From NCBI GenBank assembly GCA_964644035.1, contig CAZXUH010000001.1:259712-323711 (forward strand): DNA of 64,000 nt, read 5' to 3'. Origin of the DNA: an uncultured Candidatus Saccharibacteria bacterium. Its GTDB lineage: Bacteria > Patescibacteriota > Minisyncoccia > Phycocordibacterales > DAORIS01. The position numbers and the translations under genes were made by a program. Every line of letters begins with the position of its first letter. Within the stretch, counting starts at the first letter, position 1. The notes under the pieces are model-generated. The model was given only the letters and a program-made list of their open reading frames with translations. It did no database searches and was not told the DNA's origin. This document shows positions 19,723 to 28,878 of the stretch, piece by piece.

Positions 19723-20044
19723 ACAAGGTAGCACTGAGCGGAAGCTTGGGGTTACATTAGTAGGCCCATCAAGGGCATAATCAATTTTTTTATGACATTC
19801 ATAGCAAAATTGAGCAGTGCCATCTTGTGCCAGAGTGACTTGCCTTTTGCACAATAGGCTCGACATTAAGGATTTACTCTGGCCTGCGATATTGTGCCGA
19901 TGCTGAGCAACAGTAGGTGTACAAACTCAGAGCAACTCATCAAGTTGCCGAGAGGGGTCATGCAGATCACCACCAAAAATACAGGGGCTAGGTACAAGAC
20001 AAAAGCCGTTAGAGTTGATACCTCTAGCGGCCTTTTGTTTTTTT
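19723..20044 (+). ncRNA. Candidate ~320-nt structured RNA (contains a sequestered 21-codon ORF)
   Basis: TTGACT-N18-TAAAAT promoter (19688-19717); stems 19723-36/19815-28 and 19829-38/19874-83; 8-bp pseudoknot 19849-56/19890-97; terminator 19999-20044. Confidence 0.6.
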
Positions 20045-20072
20045 GCGGAAGCTTATTTTTGTAACGTTACAC
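19998..20072 (-). ncRNA. Candidate ~75-nt antisense RNA convergent with 19723-20044
   Basis: ATGGTATAAT promoter at 20077-20088; shared bidirectional terminator; carries complements of GCGGAAGCTT and GTTACA. Confidence 0.5.
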
Positions 20073-20124
20073 ATATAATTATACCATATTGACTTATGGC
20101 GTGTAAGAGCTATTGTACATACAT

Positions 20125-20322
20125 ATGGATAACTTTTTAAAACTACACTGGTTCAAAGTCGGTATCCTTATACTACTTGTCGGTATTCTTGGTCAACTTC
20201 TTTTTATAAATATGAAAATGGAATCTGCCTATCAAATGCAGGAGTATTTCATGCAACGTCAGGACACCAATATTGGTGCTTTAGTTGAGTACATTTTACA
20301 ATTTGAAGAACCATCAATATGA
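20125..20322 (+). CDS. Small single-TM protein (moron, superinfection-exclusion-like position)
   Basis: Opposite strand to virion genes, own TTGACT promoter, one TM, beside ejection-protein genes. Confidence 0.6.
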   Translation: MDNFLKLHWFKVGILILLVGILGQLLFINMKMESAYQMQEYFMQRQDTNIGALVEYILQFEEPSI

Positions 20323-20471
20323 AAATGCTTATACATGTAGAGGGTTGGATACTCATGCTTTGTCCGATTATAGTAATTGTTGCAGTCATATTAGACTTTA
20401 GTTCAACAAATCTTATCCTAGCCTGCATAGCCCTACTTGTTTGGAAAATAGGAAATAACGCTTTAGATTGA
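20319..20471 (+). CDS. Small 2-TM protein, 50 aa (MKMLIHVEGWILMLCPIIVIV...)
   Basis: Manually read ORF with ATGA overlap to upstream gene; highly hydrophobic. Confidence 0.55.
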   Translation: MKMLIHVEGWILMLCPIIVIVAVILDFSSTNLILACIALLVWKIGNNALD

Positions 20472-20472
20472 T

Positions 20473-23181
20473 TTATCTAAATAACTTCTTCTTGTCGTCA
20501 AAAGTGATCGATTCGTCCTTGTTGTGAATATAGTAAGAAGCACCATTCGTAATATCTTTAAATGTCTGCGAACCCAATTCAGCAAGTAACTTCTTAGTGA
20601 TGGCTTCTATCTCCTCAGCTTTCTTACCTCCCTTACCAGCCATGTATATATTATATTGCTTACCAGCATAGGCTTGGTATTGGTTCTTTTCACTAAGAAT
20701 CTGAGCAAGGGTTCGTTTGGTTCCCCTCTTTGAATGTTCCCTGATTCGGTTGAGAGCTGTGCCAAGAATGACACGTGCTTCCAATTCCTTCTTCTCTGTT
20801 GGACGATTACTAATTTCACCGTAGAGAATAGGTAGGAGAATATCCAAATCAGACTGAGTTATTTTAAGGTCCTGATCTTTGTATTTAGTTTGGACTACTG
20901 TGTTCTTTGGAAGGTCTACCTTCTTTGATCCTGTAGCTTGGATAGGTACTTCTGCCTGAGGTTTAGCTGGAAGGGTTTGAGGAGTACTTTCAGAAATCTT
21001 AGTGTCAGAAGCTGTGTACTTCTCCTTGCTTGGAAGCTGTGCAACTAAAGCTGCTGCACCCACTAGACCACCCGCACCCACAACAAACTTCTTAGAAGCT
21101 GAACCTTTCTGTAGGTTGACTTTATCTAGCTGTGATGGTATTTTATTTGGAACGCCACGTTCAGTATTACTAGGTAATTTATTATTTATGGAATTAGCAT
21201 TTTCTATAGCACTCGGAATATTATTGGTTCCAGTCTTGTTGCTTGTTATTGGTTTACTATTCAATATAGTCCTATCGCCTTTTGTGTTTGTAACTTGGCT
21301 TTTTGATAAGTTTATTGGTTTTTTAGCTTCAAGGCTTCCTAAAGCAGAGGCTCCTGTTGACGCAGAGGGTCCGGAAATAAACTCTTCTAATTTCTGAATC
21401 ATCTGTGTTTCAGGTAATTCTTTTTCTATTAACTCTTGAATCTTCTTTAGATTCTTTTCAAGAATAGCTTCTAGATCGAGTGCATTCATGGTTTTATAAC
21501 CCTGACCTCTAGGAATCATCTGTTCAACAAATCCTTTTATACCGCCACCAGTAATTTTATTAAGAATACTTGAGACGTTTCTACCTAATTTTTCGAATAG
21601 ACCCCTTTCAATTATCTTCTGTTGGAGATTATTTACACCTTCTTCTACCTTCTTAACAAGATCTCTGGTCCTAATGAGGTTTGATATTTCTTTGTCCGTA
21701 GCTTCATATATATCGTTTCCAAACAAATTACGAGCTGTACTCTTTAAACCTGCACGTGTATTTTCAAACGACTGGGCATTTACACTCGTAAACGGCTCAC
21801 CGGTCTTGCTGAAAGCTTTTGTACTAAACTCTGTGCCATGCAAACGAGCAAGATCATTCACTTCTTGAATAGTAATGCCGTTAGTTTTCGCATTATTCTT
21901 TAATTGATTTATTTTTGCTTGTCCAATCGGATCATTTGTCTTTTTATATAATTCCTCAAGTTGATTTATTGCATCATCAACATAATTATGTGAAACAACT
22001 TCCTCACCAACCTTTGTATCAAACTTTAGGTTATCAAGTAGTATTTTTTCCTTCTTAGTTGAAAGAACTTCATCAAGTTTTGTCTTTAATGTAGTAGCTT
22101 TATCGTTTAAAGCCTTTGTGAGGTCTTTATAGGTCTTTACACCATCAAAATCTATGTTTGATAATGCTTTCTTAGCACGAGGAATATCTGATATTTTTCC
22201 TTGAGTAATTTTTCCAACCAAATCATCAAATTGATTGACGGCTTTTGTAGCTCTCTTTTGCATCAAACTTGAAACTTTATTAGTACCCTCTGCAACAGCA
22301 GGGATAGCTACACCTGTTAGTGTCCCTAAGCCCGGAATAAGAGCTTTTTTACCAGTCCTGTCCTCACCTCTAGCACCTTGAAGTCCCTGCGCCACGTCAG
22401 ATGTGTAACCAATGGCTGCACCTCCTAATACCTTTTTAGCAGCACCTCCTTTACCACCAGCAATACTTGCGATTTTACCCAATTCCGGAGAGATAGCTGT
22501 AGCTGTTTTAATAACTGCACTACTCTTTTTGGGTATTACTTTGAAAGATTGAGCACCTTTTACAGCTTTTCCATAAGCTCCAGCCGTAAGAACATCTAGT
22601 GCAGTGCCACCAATTTCACCACCAACTTTTAAGTTTGATTTTTTAGTTGCAGATAAGTTCTCGTCAATAAATTTATTTACATCAAGTGATTCACCTGTGA
22701 GTTGGTTATATGCTTTTTCTAATCTTGAGGTATCCTTACCATTTTTTTTATTTTCCCTGATCCTTTTAATAAGATTCACTTTTATATCTTCCTGTCCCTG
22801 CTGAGCAGCAGAAAGTGCAGGAAGCGTATTCCTTGCAGCCAAAGACTCACCAATAGTTTTACCAAGTCCTACTTCCGATGATGCAATATTACCTACAAAT
22901 GCTTTACCGAAATTAGCAGCCATACCCCCAAAAGAGTTGGCTTTTTTAGATTCTTTTGCAGATGCTGCCGCTTCATTTTGAAGCTTTAATATCTTAGCTT
23001 TCCTATCCTCAGGCTGATTGTATTTAAATTCTTTAGACTCGATAGAAGCCTCTGGTTTCGTTCCATATTTAGCTTCGTACTCAGCACGTGTCATCTGGAT
23101 CGGCTCTGATTTCACAGGCTGAATAGGCGGAGGTGTTCCGTATTTAGCCTCGTATTCTGCTCTCGTCATTTGTATAGCCAT
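20473..23181 (-). CDS. Internal virion/ejection protein with C-terminal SleB-like cell-wall hydrolase
   Basis: Ala/Gly/Lys-rich helical body, duplicated IQMTRAEYEAKYG, C-terminal LYGE...VILGTALNR...ILSEKNQYQ. Confidence 0.75.
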   Translation of the reverse strand: MAIQMTRAEYEAKYGTPPPIQPVKSEPIQMTRAEYEAKYGTKPEASIESKEFKYNQPEDRKAKILKLQNEAAASAKESKKANSFGGMAANFGKAFVGNIASSEVGLGKTIGESLAARNTLPALSAAQQGQEDIKVNLIKRIRENKKNGKDTSRLEKAYNQLTGESLDVNKFIDENLSATKKSNLKVGGEIGGTALDVLTAGAYGKAVKGAQSFKVIPKKSSAVIKTATAISPELGKIASIAGGKGGAAKKVLGGAAIGYTSDVAQGLQGARGEDRTGKKALIPGLGTLTGVAIPAVAEGTNKVSSLMQKRATKAVNQFDDLVGKITQGKISDIPRAKKALSNIDFDGVKTYKDLTKALNDKATTLKTKLDEVLSTKKEKILLDNLKFDTKVGEEVVSHNYVDDAINQLEELYKKTNDPIGQAKINQLKNNAKTNGITIQEVNDLARLHGTEFSTKAFSKTGEPFTSVNAQSFENTRAGLKSTARNLFGNDIYEATDKEISNLIRTRDLVKKVEEGVNNLQQKIIERGLFEKLGRNVSSILNKITGGGIKGFVEQMIPRGQGYKTMNALDLEAILEKNLKKIQELIEKELPETQMIQKLEEFISGPSASTGASALGSLEAKKPINLSKSQVTNTKGDRTILNSKPITSNKTGTNNIPSAIENANSINNKLPSNTERGVPNKIPSQLDKVNLQKGSASKKFVVGAGGLVGAAALVAQLPSKEKYTASDTKISESTPQTLPAKPQAEVPIQATGSKKVDLPKNTVVQTKYKDQDLKITQSDLDILLPILYGEISNRPTEKKELEARVILGTALNRIREHSKRGTKRTLAQILSEKNQYQAYAGKQYNIYMAGKGGKKAEEIEAITKKLLAELGSQTFKDITNGASYYIHNKDESITFDDKKKLFR

Positions 23182-24690
23182 TTAGTCGGTGATGATTATC
23201 TCTTGACCGTCAGGAGCTGTGATTACTTGCGAACCATCTATATTACTTGGTGATCCCCCGGGATTGTATCCACCACCAACATAACCTGTATCAATTCCAA
23301 ATTTCTGTGCATAACTTACTGCCCTTGATTTTTCCTCATCTATAGAAGCTTGGGCTTTCTTTGCGAATGTATTACCCAAATTAACAAACTCATTCAATGA
23401 AGCTGGTGTCAAACCTGCTCCACCTTGCATGATTCTCTGTGCCTTTCCTTCTAGTTGAGCAAGGAATGACTGGCCTTCTGGAGAACGTGCATATTCTGAT
23501 TCTCTAACAACTGATGTTGGGTCAAGAATCTTGTTGAAGTTAGTGATAACTACTTGGGAAGTTGCATTTAAATCTTTTACCTCACCACGGTTATATCGGT
23601 CTAATGCTTGTTGAGCAAGACTAGCTCGATTAACTACCTCTTTACTTGCCTTGACTAAGTTATCCACTTTCGCACCTAATGTAAGACCCCCCTGAAACTG
23701 CTGATAGGGTGTAAGACCACCTGCTCCGGCTCCCGCAACTTTTGCTTTTCTATTTGCATCTTCATTTTGGTATTCAGTAAACGAACCTGTGTATCCATTT
23801 TGTTTTGCAAACTCGTATTCCTCGGCAGAAGCTGGAATCTTTGGGTTACCACTTGCAATCAAATTTCCTTTTGAGTCGTAACGATTTTGACCTTCTGAAA
23901 GCGCAAATCCGTTATCAATATCTTCTGCATCCTTTGCTCGCTTTGCGGTCAAATATGAAGTCTTAATATCCCCTTCTGATACTCCGTATGATGTAGCGAT
24001 CTTTTGAAGTTCACTTGGGTCAATGTCCTCAGGTGAAAGACCTTGTAATAGAAGTGCTTGGCCAAGTTCCGTGAGCTTTCCTTGTTTTCTCTCCTTTGAT
24101 GAAGTGAGGAATTTAATATATGAATCAGCACCTTCTTGTTTAGCTTTAGTTTTGGCAGCAATTTCATCTACTGATGCTTGGTCCGCTTTTCCCAAGATAG
24201 CTGAAATAGTAGCCATCTGTTGATCCCTAATGCTGTTTGTAATATCTGTATTGTATGCAGTGACCTTATCAGTCTGAGCTGCACCGAAGTCTGATCCCAA
24301 AAGACCGCCACGGGCTTGTGAAGCACGGGAAGTACCAAGTCGGCCTTGTCCTTGAAACGCTGCCTCAGCAATTTTATCAGCATATACTCTATTAGTTGCA
24401 TCAATTTCAGCCTGAAAACGTCCAAGTGTTGCTCGTCTAATGTTGTCTTCGTTTACGTCTGAGTTCGCAAGTCCTTCGTAGTACGAACCAATTTTATTTA
24501 ACGAAGCATCCCCTGCATCCGGAGTTGGGGCCTGAAATGGTTTATACATCTCACCAACTGTAGGGTTAGTCGGAGATGCCACTGGTGTAGATGTTGGGTC
24601 ACCAATCTTTTGACCAGTGTTCATGTTGTAAATAGATTGCTGATCCCCCGGCCGTAGAAGCTTTCCTGTATTGTAGTCGTATCTATCCAT
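23182..24690 (-). CDS. Internal virion/ejection (DNA transfer) protein
   Basis: ARGGLLGS, EYEFAKQNGYTGSFTEY, KILDPTSVVRESE motifs; position after tail fibre. Confidence 0.7.
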   Translation of the reverse strand: MDRYDYNTGKLLRPGDQQSIYNMNTGQKIGDPTSTPVASPTNPTVGEMYKPFQAPTPDAGDASLNKIGSYYEGLANSDVNEDNIRRATLGRFQAEIDATNRVYADKIAEAAFQGQGRLGTSRASQARGGLLGSDFGAAQTDKVTAYNTDITNSIRDQQMATISAILGKADQASVDEIAAKTKAKQEGADSYIKFLTSSKERKQGKLTELGQALLLQGLSPEDIDPSELQKIATSYGVSEGDIKTSYLTAKRAKDAEDIDNGFALSEGQNRYDSKGNLIASGNPKIPASAEEYEFAKQNGYTGSFTEYQNEDANRKAKVAGAGAGGLTPYQQFQGGLTLGAKVDNLVKASKEVVNRASLAQQALDRYNRGEVKDLNATSQVVITNFNKILDPTSVVRESEYARSPEGQSFLAQLEGKAQRIMQGGAGLTPASLNEFVNLGNTFAKKAQASIDEEKSRAVSYAQKFGIDTGYVGGGYNPGGSPSNIDGSQVITAPDGQEIIITD

Positions 24691-26234
24691 TAGATTTTGA
24701 TGATGTAGTTAAGAACAAGGAAAGGATTCATGACATTCATAGCTGCGTTACCTCCTTTTGAACTTGGATTAGCAGAAGCAGCATCGTTAGTACTTGAGAG
24801 TGCAACAGAGCCTGAGTTGAATGTACCTGTAGCACCATGCGTGTGAGCCAAAAGTTCTGTAACAGACATGGCATGATTTTCTTCACCACCAGTTGTACCA
24901 GCCGTTCGAGCTGTGAGTGTGAGAGTGAATGTTTGTGTACCTGTGCCATCACTTGAAAGTGAGATGACTGTACCGTTTTGAGCGTTTGCTAGAGATGTAG
25001 CAAGTGAGAACGTTAAGTTACTTACACGAACAACATAGTAAGTTGTGTTGTCTGTGAGACCTGTCATAGCACCAGATGGAGCTGCATAGAGCACCGCCTG
25101 ACCAGTCTGAAATTCATTGTTTGCAGCATTTGAAAGACCGGTAACTGTAATGACGTTTGAGGAACGTGATGCAAATGTTGCAACCTTAGTAGGTGCTGTA
25201 CCTGCACCAAGAACCGATCGTGATCGGAGATCAGGAAGATTGAACGTTGTTGAGCCGTTACCTACTCCGTATGTAGTGCTTGTAACAGCAAAGAGTGCAG
25301 CGTAAGTTGTTCTTGAAACTGCCGAGCCATCACAGAGTAGAAAGCCCGTTGGAGCTGCTGAACCTGCGTAAGGAATTACGATACCTGTAAGAGCCGTGTA
25401 GTTTGTAAGAAAATCCTTTTCTAGTTTTGTAGGCCAATAGATTTCCTGAGGTGTGAACTTGATTGTTGTTGTATTGACTGCGACACCAAGAAAGACAGTA
25501 TTTGTGCCACCGCTTGTGACTACAGCTCCTGCTGTGTTTGATAGGAAGTACTTAGTACCAGCACTTAGTCCTGAAAAGTTTGCTGCAAGACCGGAAAGGA
25601 GAATGGTTACTCCTGCACCACCTGCGGCTGTGCCTTGTGCAACACCGAGTTGGACCTGATCAAAAGTAGCTGAGAGATCAGCGTCAGCTTTCCACCAACG
25701 TTGATCCGATTCTTTAAAATAGACAATGTTACCGGCAACAAGTGATTCACCTGCTGTGGCTGAGATTGTTTGAGATGAGAAAGAGACTGCGCCGCCATTA
25801 ACAACTGACAAAACGTAGGCCACGGTAGCAACTTGTTTAGGATCAGTCAGTGTTGGGGCTGTGTCATATGAAAGAGGAGTAGTACCATCGAGTGTACCTG
25901 TCCCTCGAAGTATGTCAGCCAAGTATCGAATATGTGCGAAATCAGTAAGAGTTACCTTTGCGCCAATTTTATGTAGTCGAGCAGCACCAGTAGTCTCAAC
26001 TCCCTGTCTAGAAATAGACTTAAGATCAGTAAGAGCAGTACTTGTAAGTTGGCAAGAGAAATGTTCTCTGCGACCGTTATCACGATCAACAGTAAAAAAG
26101 TAGCGGCCTGTTGGAAGGGCTACTCCATCATCGTCTGTTGCTGATTGTAGGGTTGCTGTTGTATCCCCTACATTGATTTTCGTAGCCAATGCTGTCTGAA
26201 AATCTGCTACTACCGTACCGAGTTGAGTTGACAC
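24690..26234 (-). CDS. Tail fibre protein with tail-collar domain
   Basis: PYAGSAAPTGFLLCDGSAVSRTTYAALF...TFNLPDLR collar motif; C-terminal LNYIIK. Confidence 0.9.
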   Translation of the reverse strand: MSTQLGTVVADFQTALATKINVGDTTATLQSATDDDGVALPTGRYFFTVDRDNGRREHFSCQLTSTALTDLKSISRQGVETTGAARLHKIGAKVTLTDFAHIRYLADILRGTGTLDGTTPLSYDTAPTLTDPKQVATVAYVLSVVNGGAVSFSSQTISATAGESLVAGNIVYFKESDQRWWKADADLSATFDQVQLGVAQGTAAGGAGVTILLSGLAANFSGLSAGTKYFLSNTAGAVVTSGGTNTVFLGVAVNTTTIKFTPQEIYWPTKLEKDFLTNYTALTGIVIPYAGSAAPTGFLLCDGSAVSRTTYAALFAVTSTTYGVGNGSTTFNLPDLRSRSVLGAGTAPTKVATFASRSSNVITVTGLSNAANNEFQTGQAVLYAAPSGAMTGLTDNTTYYVVRVSNLTFSLATSLANAQNGTVISLSSDGTGTQTFTLTLTARTAGTTGGEENHAMSVTELLAHTHGATGTFNSGSVALSSTNDAASANPSSKGGNAAMNVMNPFLVLNYIIKI

Positions 26235-26294
26235 TTTGGGTTAGTTCGAATTAACCCCGTTCGTTTATATAATTATACCATATTTTGAGCCTTT

Positions 26295-28199
26295 TTAGAA
26301 CTCTGGATTAGGTAAATCCGTTTGTGTTCCGTCAAGGGACACATTTTGTTTGACACGCAATCGTCTTGGCATTCTGTCCTCGAAAAGGAATACATCATGG
26401 TCGATCGCTTTGTTGATTGAAACGTATCCAAATCCCAAAGCAACGAATCGCAACTTCCTTGTCTTGAACTTTGGCGTCTTGAGTTTGAGTTCGTGATAGT
26501 AAGGATAGACTGTTATTAAATCACTGCCTCCTACCATCTCATCCCCTACCATATTTCCACCAATTGTCTGTGGAGACGTAGTATCTACATACTCACCTGT
26601 ACCAAGTACCGTACCTACTAAGTTAAAATCTCCCTTGTCATATGATATATAGACTTCATAGCTTTGTGTTGGGTCAATCAAGCCCCCAAGCCTGAGCTTT
26701 CGATACTTCTTAAGGTTTTCAGTCTTAAACTTGTCGTCCATTCCGGTCCAGTTGTTGTCTATTTCTACCCCATCATCATCGAAATCAACAAAGATTTGGT
26801 AGACGCTTTCACTTACCGGAGAGCCTATATAGAGATTACCTGCATCTTTGGCGAAGGTAGCTGCTCCGTAGTTTGTAATGTCTACTGTGTTTTGTGTAAG
26901 GTCACAGAGTAAAGTTGTGTCATTACTGTCTGCACCCAAGGTCTTGCAAGATACCACAACGAACTGGCCGTTTGTATCAAGCACTGTATTATCATGTTCA
27001 TAATCAGCGAAATTAAATTGAGGAAAGAGAGGAAATGGTTCTACATTACCTCCTATTGGATTCTGTTGAAGAATAGTAAGTTCAGGTGCATTTGGATTAC
27101 CAGTATTCAAGAAAACAATACCCTTTTGAGTCGATACTGCTGCTCTAAAATATGGAATACCAATATCCCTTCTAAAGACTTGGTTATCTGGGTCCTCATC
27201 GGTTGGGTCAAGGAGAAGTCTGTATGCACTTCTGCTCTTGAGTGAGTAATATGCACCATCAAGACCAAGGAGAACGTTGAGAATTGGATCACCACCTTCG
27301 TCTTGCCTTAATACAAATCCTTCACCCGGAAGACGTGTACCTGATTTAGTGAAGTCAGTAACACCAAGGGCATTAGCATTCTCCCACTGATAGTCTGCTG
27401 TAACGTTACCAGCAGTCACGACACCGTTGAACGTTACACTGTACGCACCGGACACGTAGTTGACCGTGCCTGTACCACCAAGTGAACCTGTGAGCACACC
27501 ATTGTAGTTGTCAGTGAAGGTTTCTACACCGCCACCTGTTGTACCAGTAACTACAAGACCAAAAGCGTTCCGAGTTGCTCCACCTGCTTTGAACGCAAGT
27601 GTACCAGAATAAGTAGCATTACCAGATGCACCTAGAACTTCTGCTGATACGGTCGTGTAAACAGTAGAATCCTGACCATCAATCCTTGAGCCATAGAGGC
27701 CTGTTCTGTCCCTCTCGCTTCCCCACGCAATCATTCTTCCTTTATCTATGAATGCACCACGGAATTTTTGGTTCTTAGATGAATCATATAGTGAGATGTA
27801 CGAGCTAGGATTACCATTGTGCATCTTATAGATACCATCAAGACCAATTGCGAAAGTGAAGTTACCTGCTAGAGAGGAATAGTTTGTGAAGACGTACTCG
27901 TAGCTTGCTGTGAGGCCGGTAATCGTATCCTGCCATGTCGTACCATCAAAGTACTGAATCCTCGTGTTGTTTTTTCTCCACATGACGGTCGTACCATCTG
28001 CTTTGTATCCAAAATGAAGTCCTTGGTTTGGACCCTGTGCTCCTTCTGCACCTACGATTGCTTTACCGTGCGTAAGAAAAATAGAACCGTCTTCGGTAAT
28101 CCAGTTTAATGAATCACTTGCTGAATCAGCAGGTGTGTTTTCACTATCTATCAGATTATGAACACCTGATACAAATTGTGGGATTGTATTGTCTGCCAT
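26295..28199 (-). CDS. Tail nozzle/hub protein (P22 gp10 / tubular B-like)
   Basis: 634-aa beta-rich protein directly after adaptor; podovirus synteny. Confidence 0.65.
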   Translation of the reverse strand: MADNTIPQFVSGVHNLIDSENTPADSASDSLNWITEDGSIFLTHGKAIVGAEGAQGPNQGLHFGYKADGTTVMWRKNNTRIQYFDGTTWQDTITGLTASYEYVFTNYSSLAGNFTFAIGLDGIYKMHNGNPSSYISLYDSSKNQKFRGAFIDKGRMIAWGSERDRTGLYGSRIDGQDSTVYTTVSAEVLGASGNATYSGTLAFKAGGATRNAFGLVVTGTTGGGVETFTDNYNGVLTGSLGGTGTVNYVSGAYSVTFNGVVTAGNVTADYQWENANALGVTDFTKSGTRLPGEGFVLRQDEGGDPILNVLLGLDGAYYSLKSRSAYRLLLDPTDEDPDNQVFRRDIGIPYFRAAVSTQKGIVFLNTGNPNAPELTILQQNPIGGNVEPFPLFPQFNFADYEHDNTVLDTNGQFVVVSCKTLGADSNDTTLLCDLTQNTVDITNYGAATFAKDAGNLYIGSPVSESVYQIFVDFDDDGVEIDNNWTGMDDKFKTENLKKYRKLRLGGLIDPTQSYEVYISYDKGDFNLVGTVLGTGEYVDTTSPQTIGGNMVGDEMVGGSDLITVYPYYHELKLKTPKFKTRKLRFVALGFGYVSINKAIDHDVFLFEDRMPRRLRVKQNVSLDGTQTDLPNPEF

Positions 28200-28835
28200 T
28201 TAGTTATTGAAAAATTGGCTGTTGTAATAGCAGAGGTCTTTGAGATAGTTGTCGTGCAACGTCTGGTTCTCGTTTTTATAAGAACGTGCCTTTTCGAAGA
28301 GTTGTAATATGTTATCCTCTACCGCCATACCGTGATAGATCATTGGATGGAAGTCTGAATGGAATACTGGAGCTGTTGCTAACGTGAGATCATCTGGCTT
28401 GTAGATGTAATCAAATTCAACTGTGTTAGCGGTTGTAGGTTGCTTCGTGAAATAGAGGCGTGAATTTACAAGATCAGCATATGCATAGCCGTCTTTATCT
28501 CTATACTGTCTTCGATCAGAGAAGTTGATGATTTGATACGGGGCATAACTTGGACCCACAAAGACAACCTTTGGAGAAGCATTGTTGTCTACCTGACGTG
28601 TGTTGTCAGTAAAGTTTCCGTTCTCTGTGAAATACTTGAAATCTGATGGGAGAGCAATGTATGGAACAGTGGTTGATTGAGTTCCTGTACCGGCTTTCTT
28701 GAGAAATTCCCAAGGCTTATAGTTGAGAATCCATCGGTATCTTTTGTTAGCTAGAGCAAGTTCCTCAACGTCTGAGAGTTCACTCATATCGTCAACATAT
28801 AACTCGAATCCAGCGATAATTTCAGAACCTATCAT
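28200..28835 (-). CDS. Head-tail adaptor (tubular A-like)
   Basis: PWEFL, IALPSDF, P..FH.MI motifs; follows capsid gene. Confidence 0.7.
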   Translation of the reverse strand: MIGSEIIAGFELYVDDMSELSDVEELALANKRYRWILNYKPWEFLKKAGTGTQSTTVPYIALPSDFKYFTENGNFTDNTRQVDNNASPKVVFVGPSYAPYQIINFSDRRQYRDKDGYAYADLVNSRLYFTKQPTTANTVEFDYIYKPDDLTLATAPVFHSDFHPMIYHGMAVEDNILQLFEKARSYKNENQTLHDNYLKDLCYYNSQFFNN

Positions 28836-28838
28836 AAT

Positions 28839-28876
28839 GTTTTCATCCCAATCCCCTTAAAGGGACTGAGGGGAAA
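28839..28876 (-). terminator. Stable hairpin after capsid gene (partial terminator/stabiliser)
   Basis: - strand TTTCCCCTCAGTCCCT-TTAA-GGGGATTGGGATGAAA. Confidence 0.5.
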
Positions 28877-28878
28877 CA

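Noticed and set aside
19675-19866. 63-aa - strand ORF with CYECH as an HNH remnant
   Set aside because: Lacks the rest of the HNH motif and overlaps the better-supported + strand structured RNA.
19955-19995. Permuted tmRNA junction (CACCACCA...GGGGCTA) in the 320-nt RNA
   Set aside because: No T-arm before CCA and the acceptor strands do not pair; RNase P consensus also absent.
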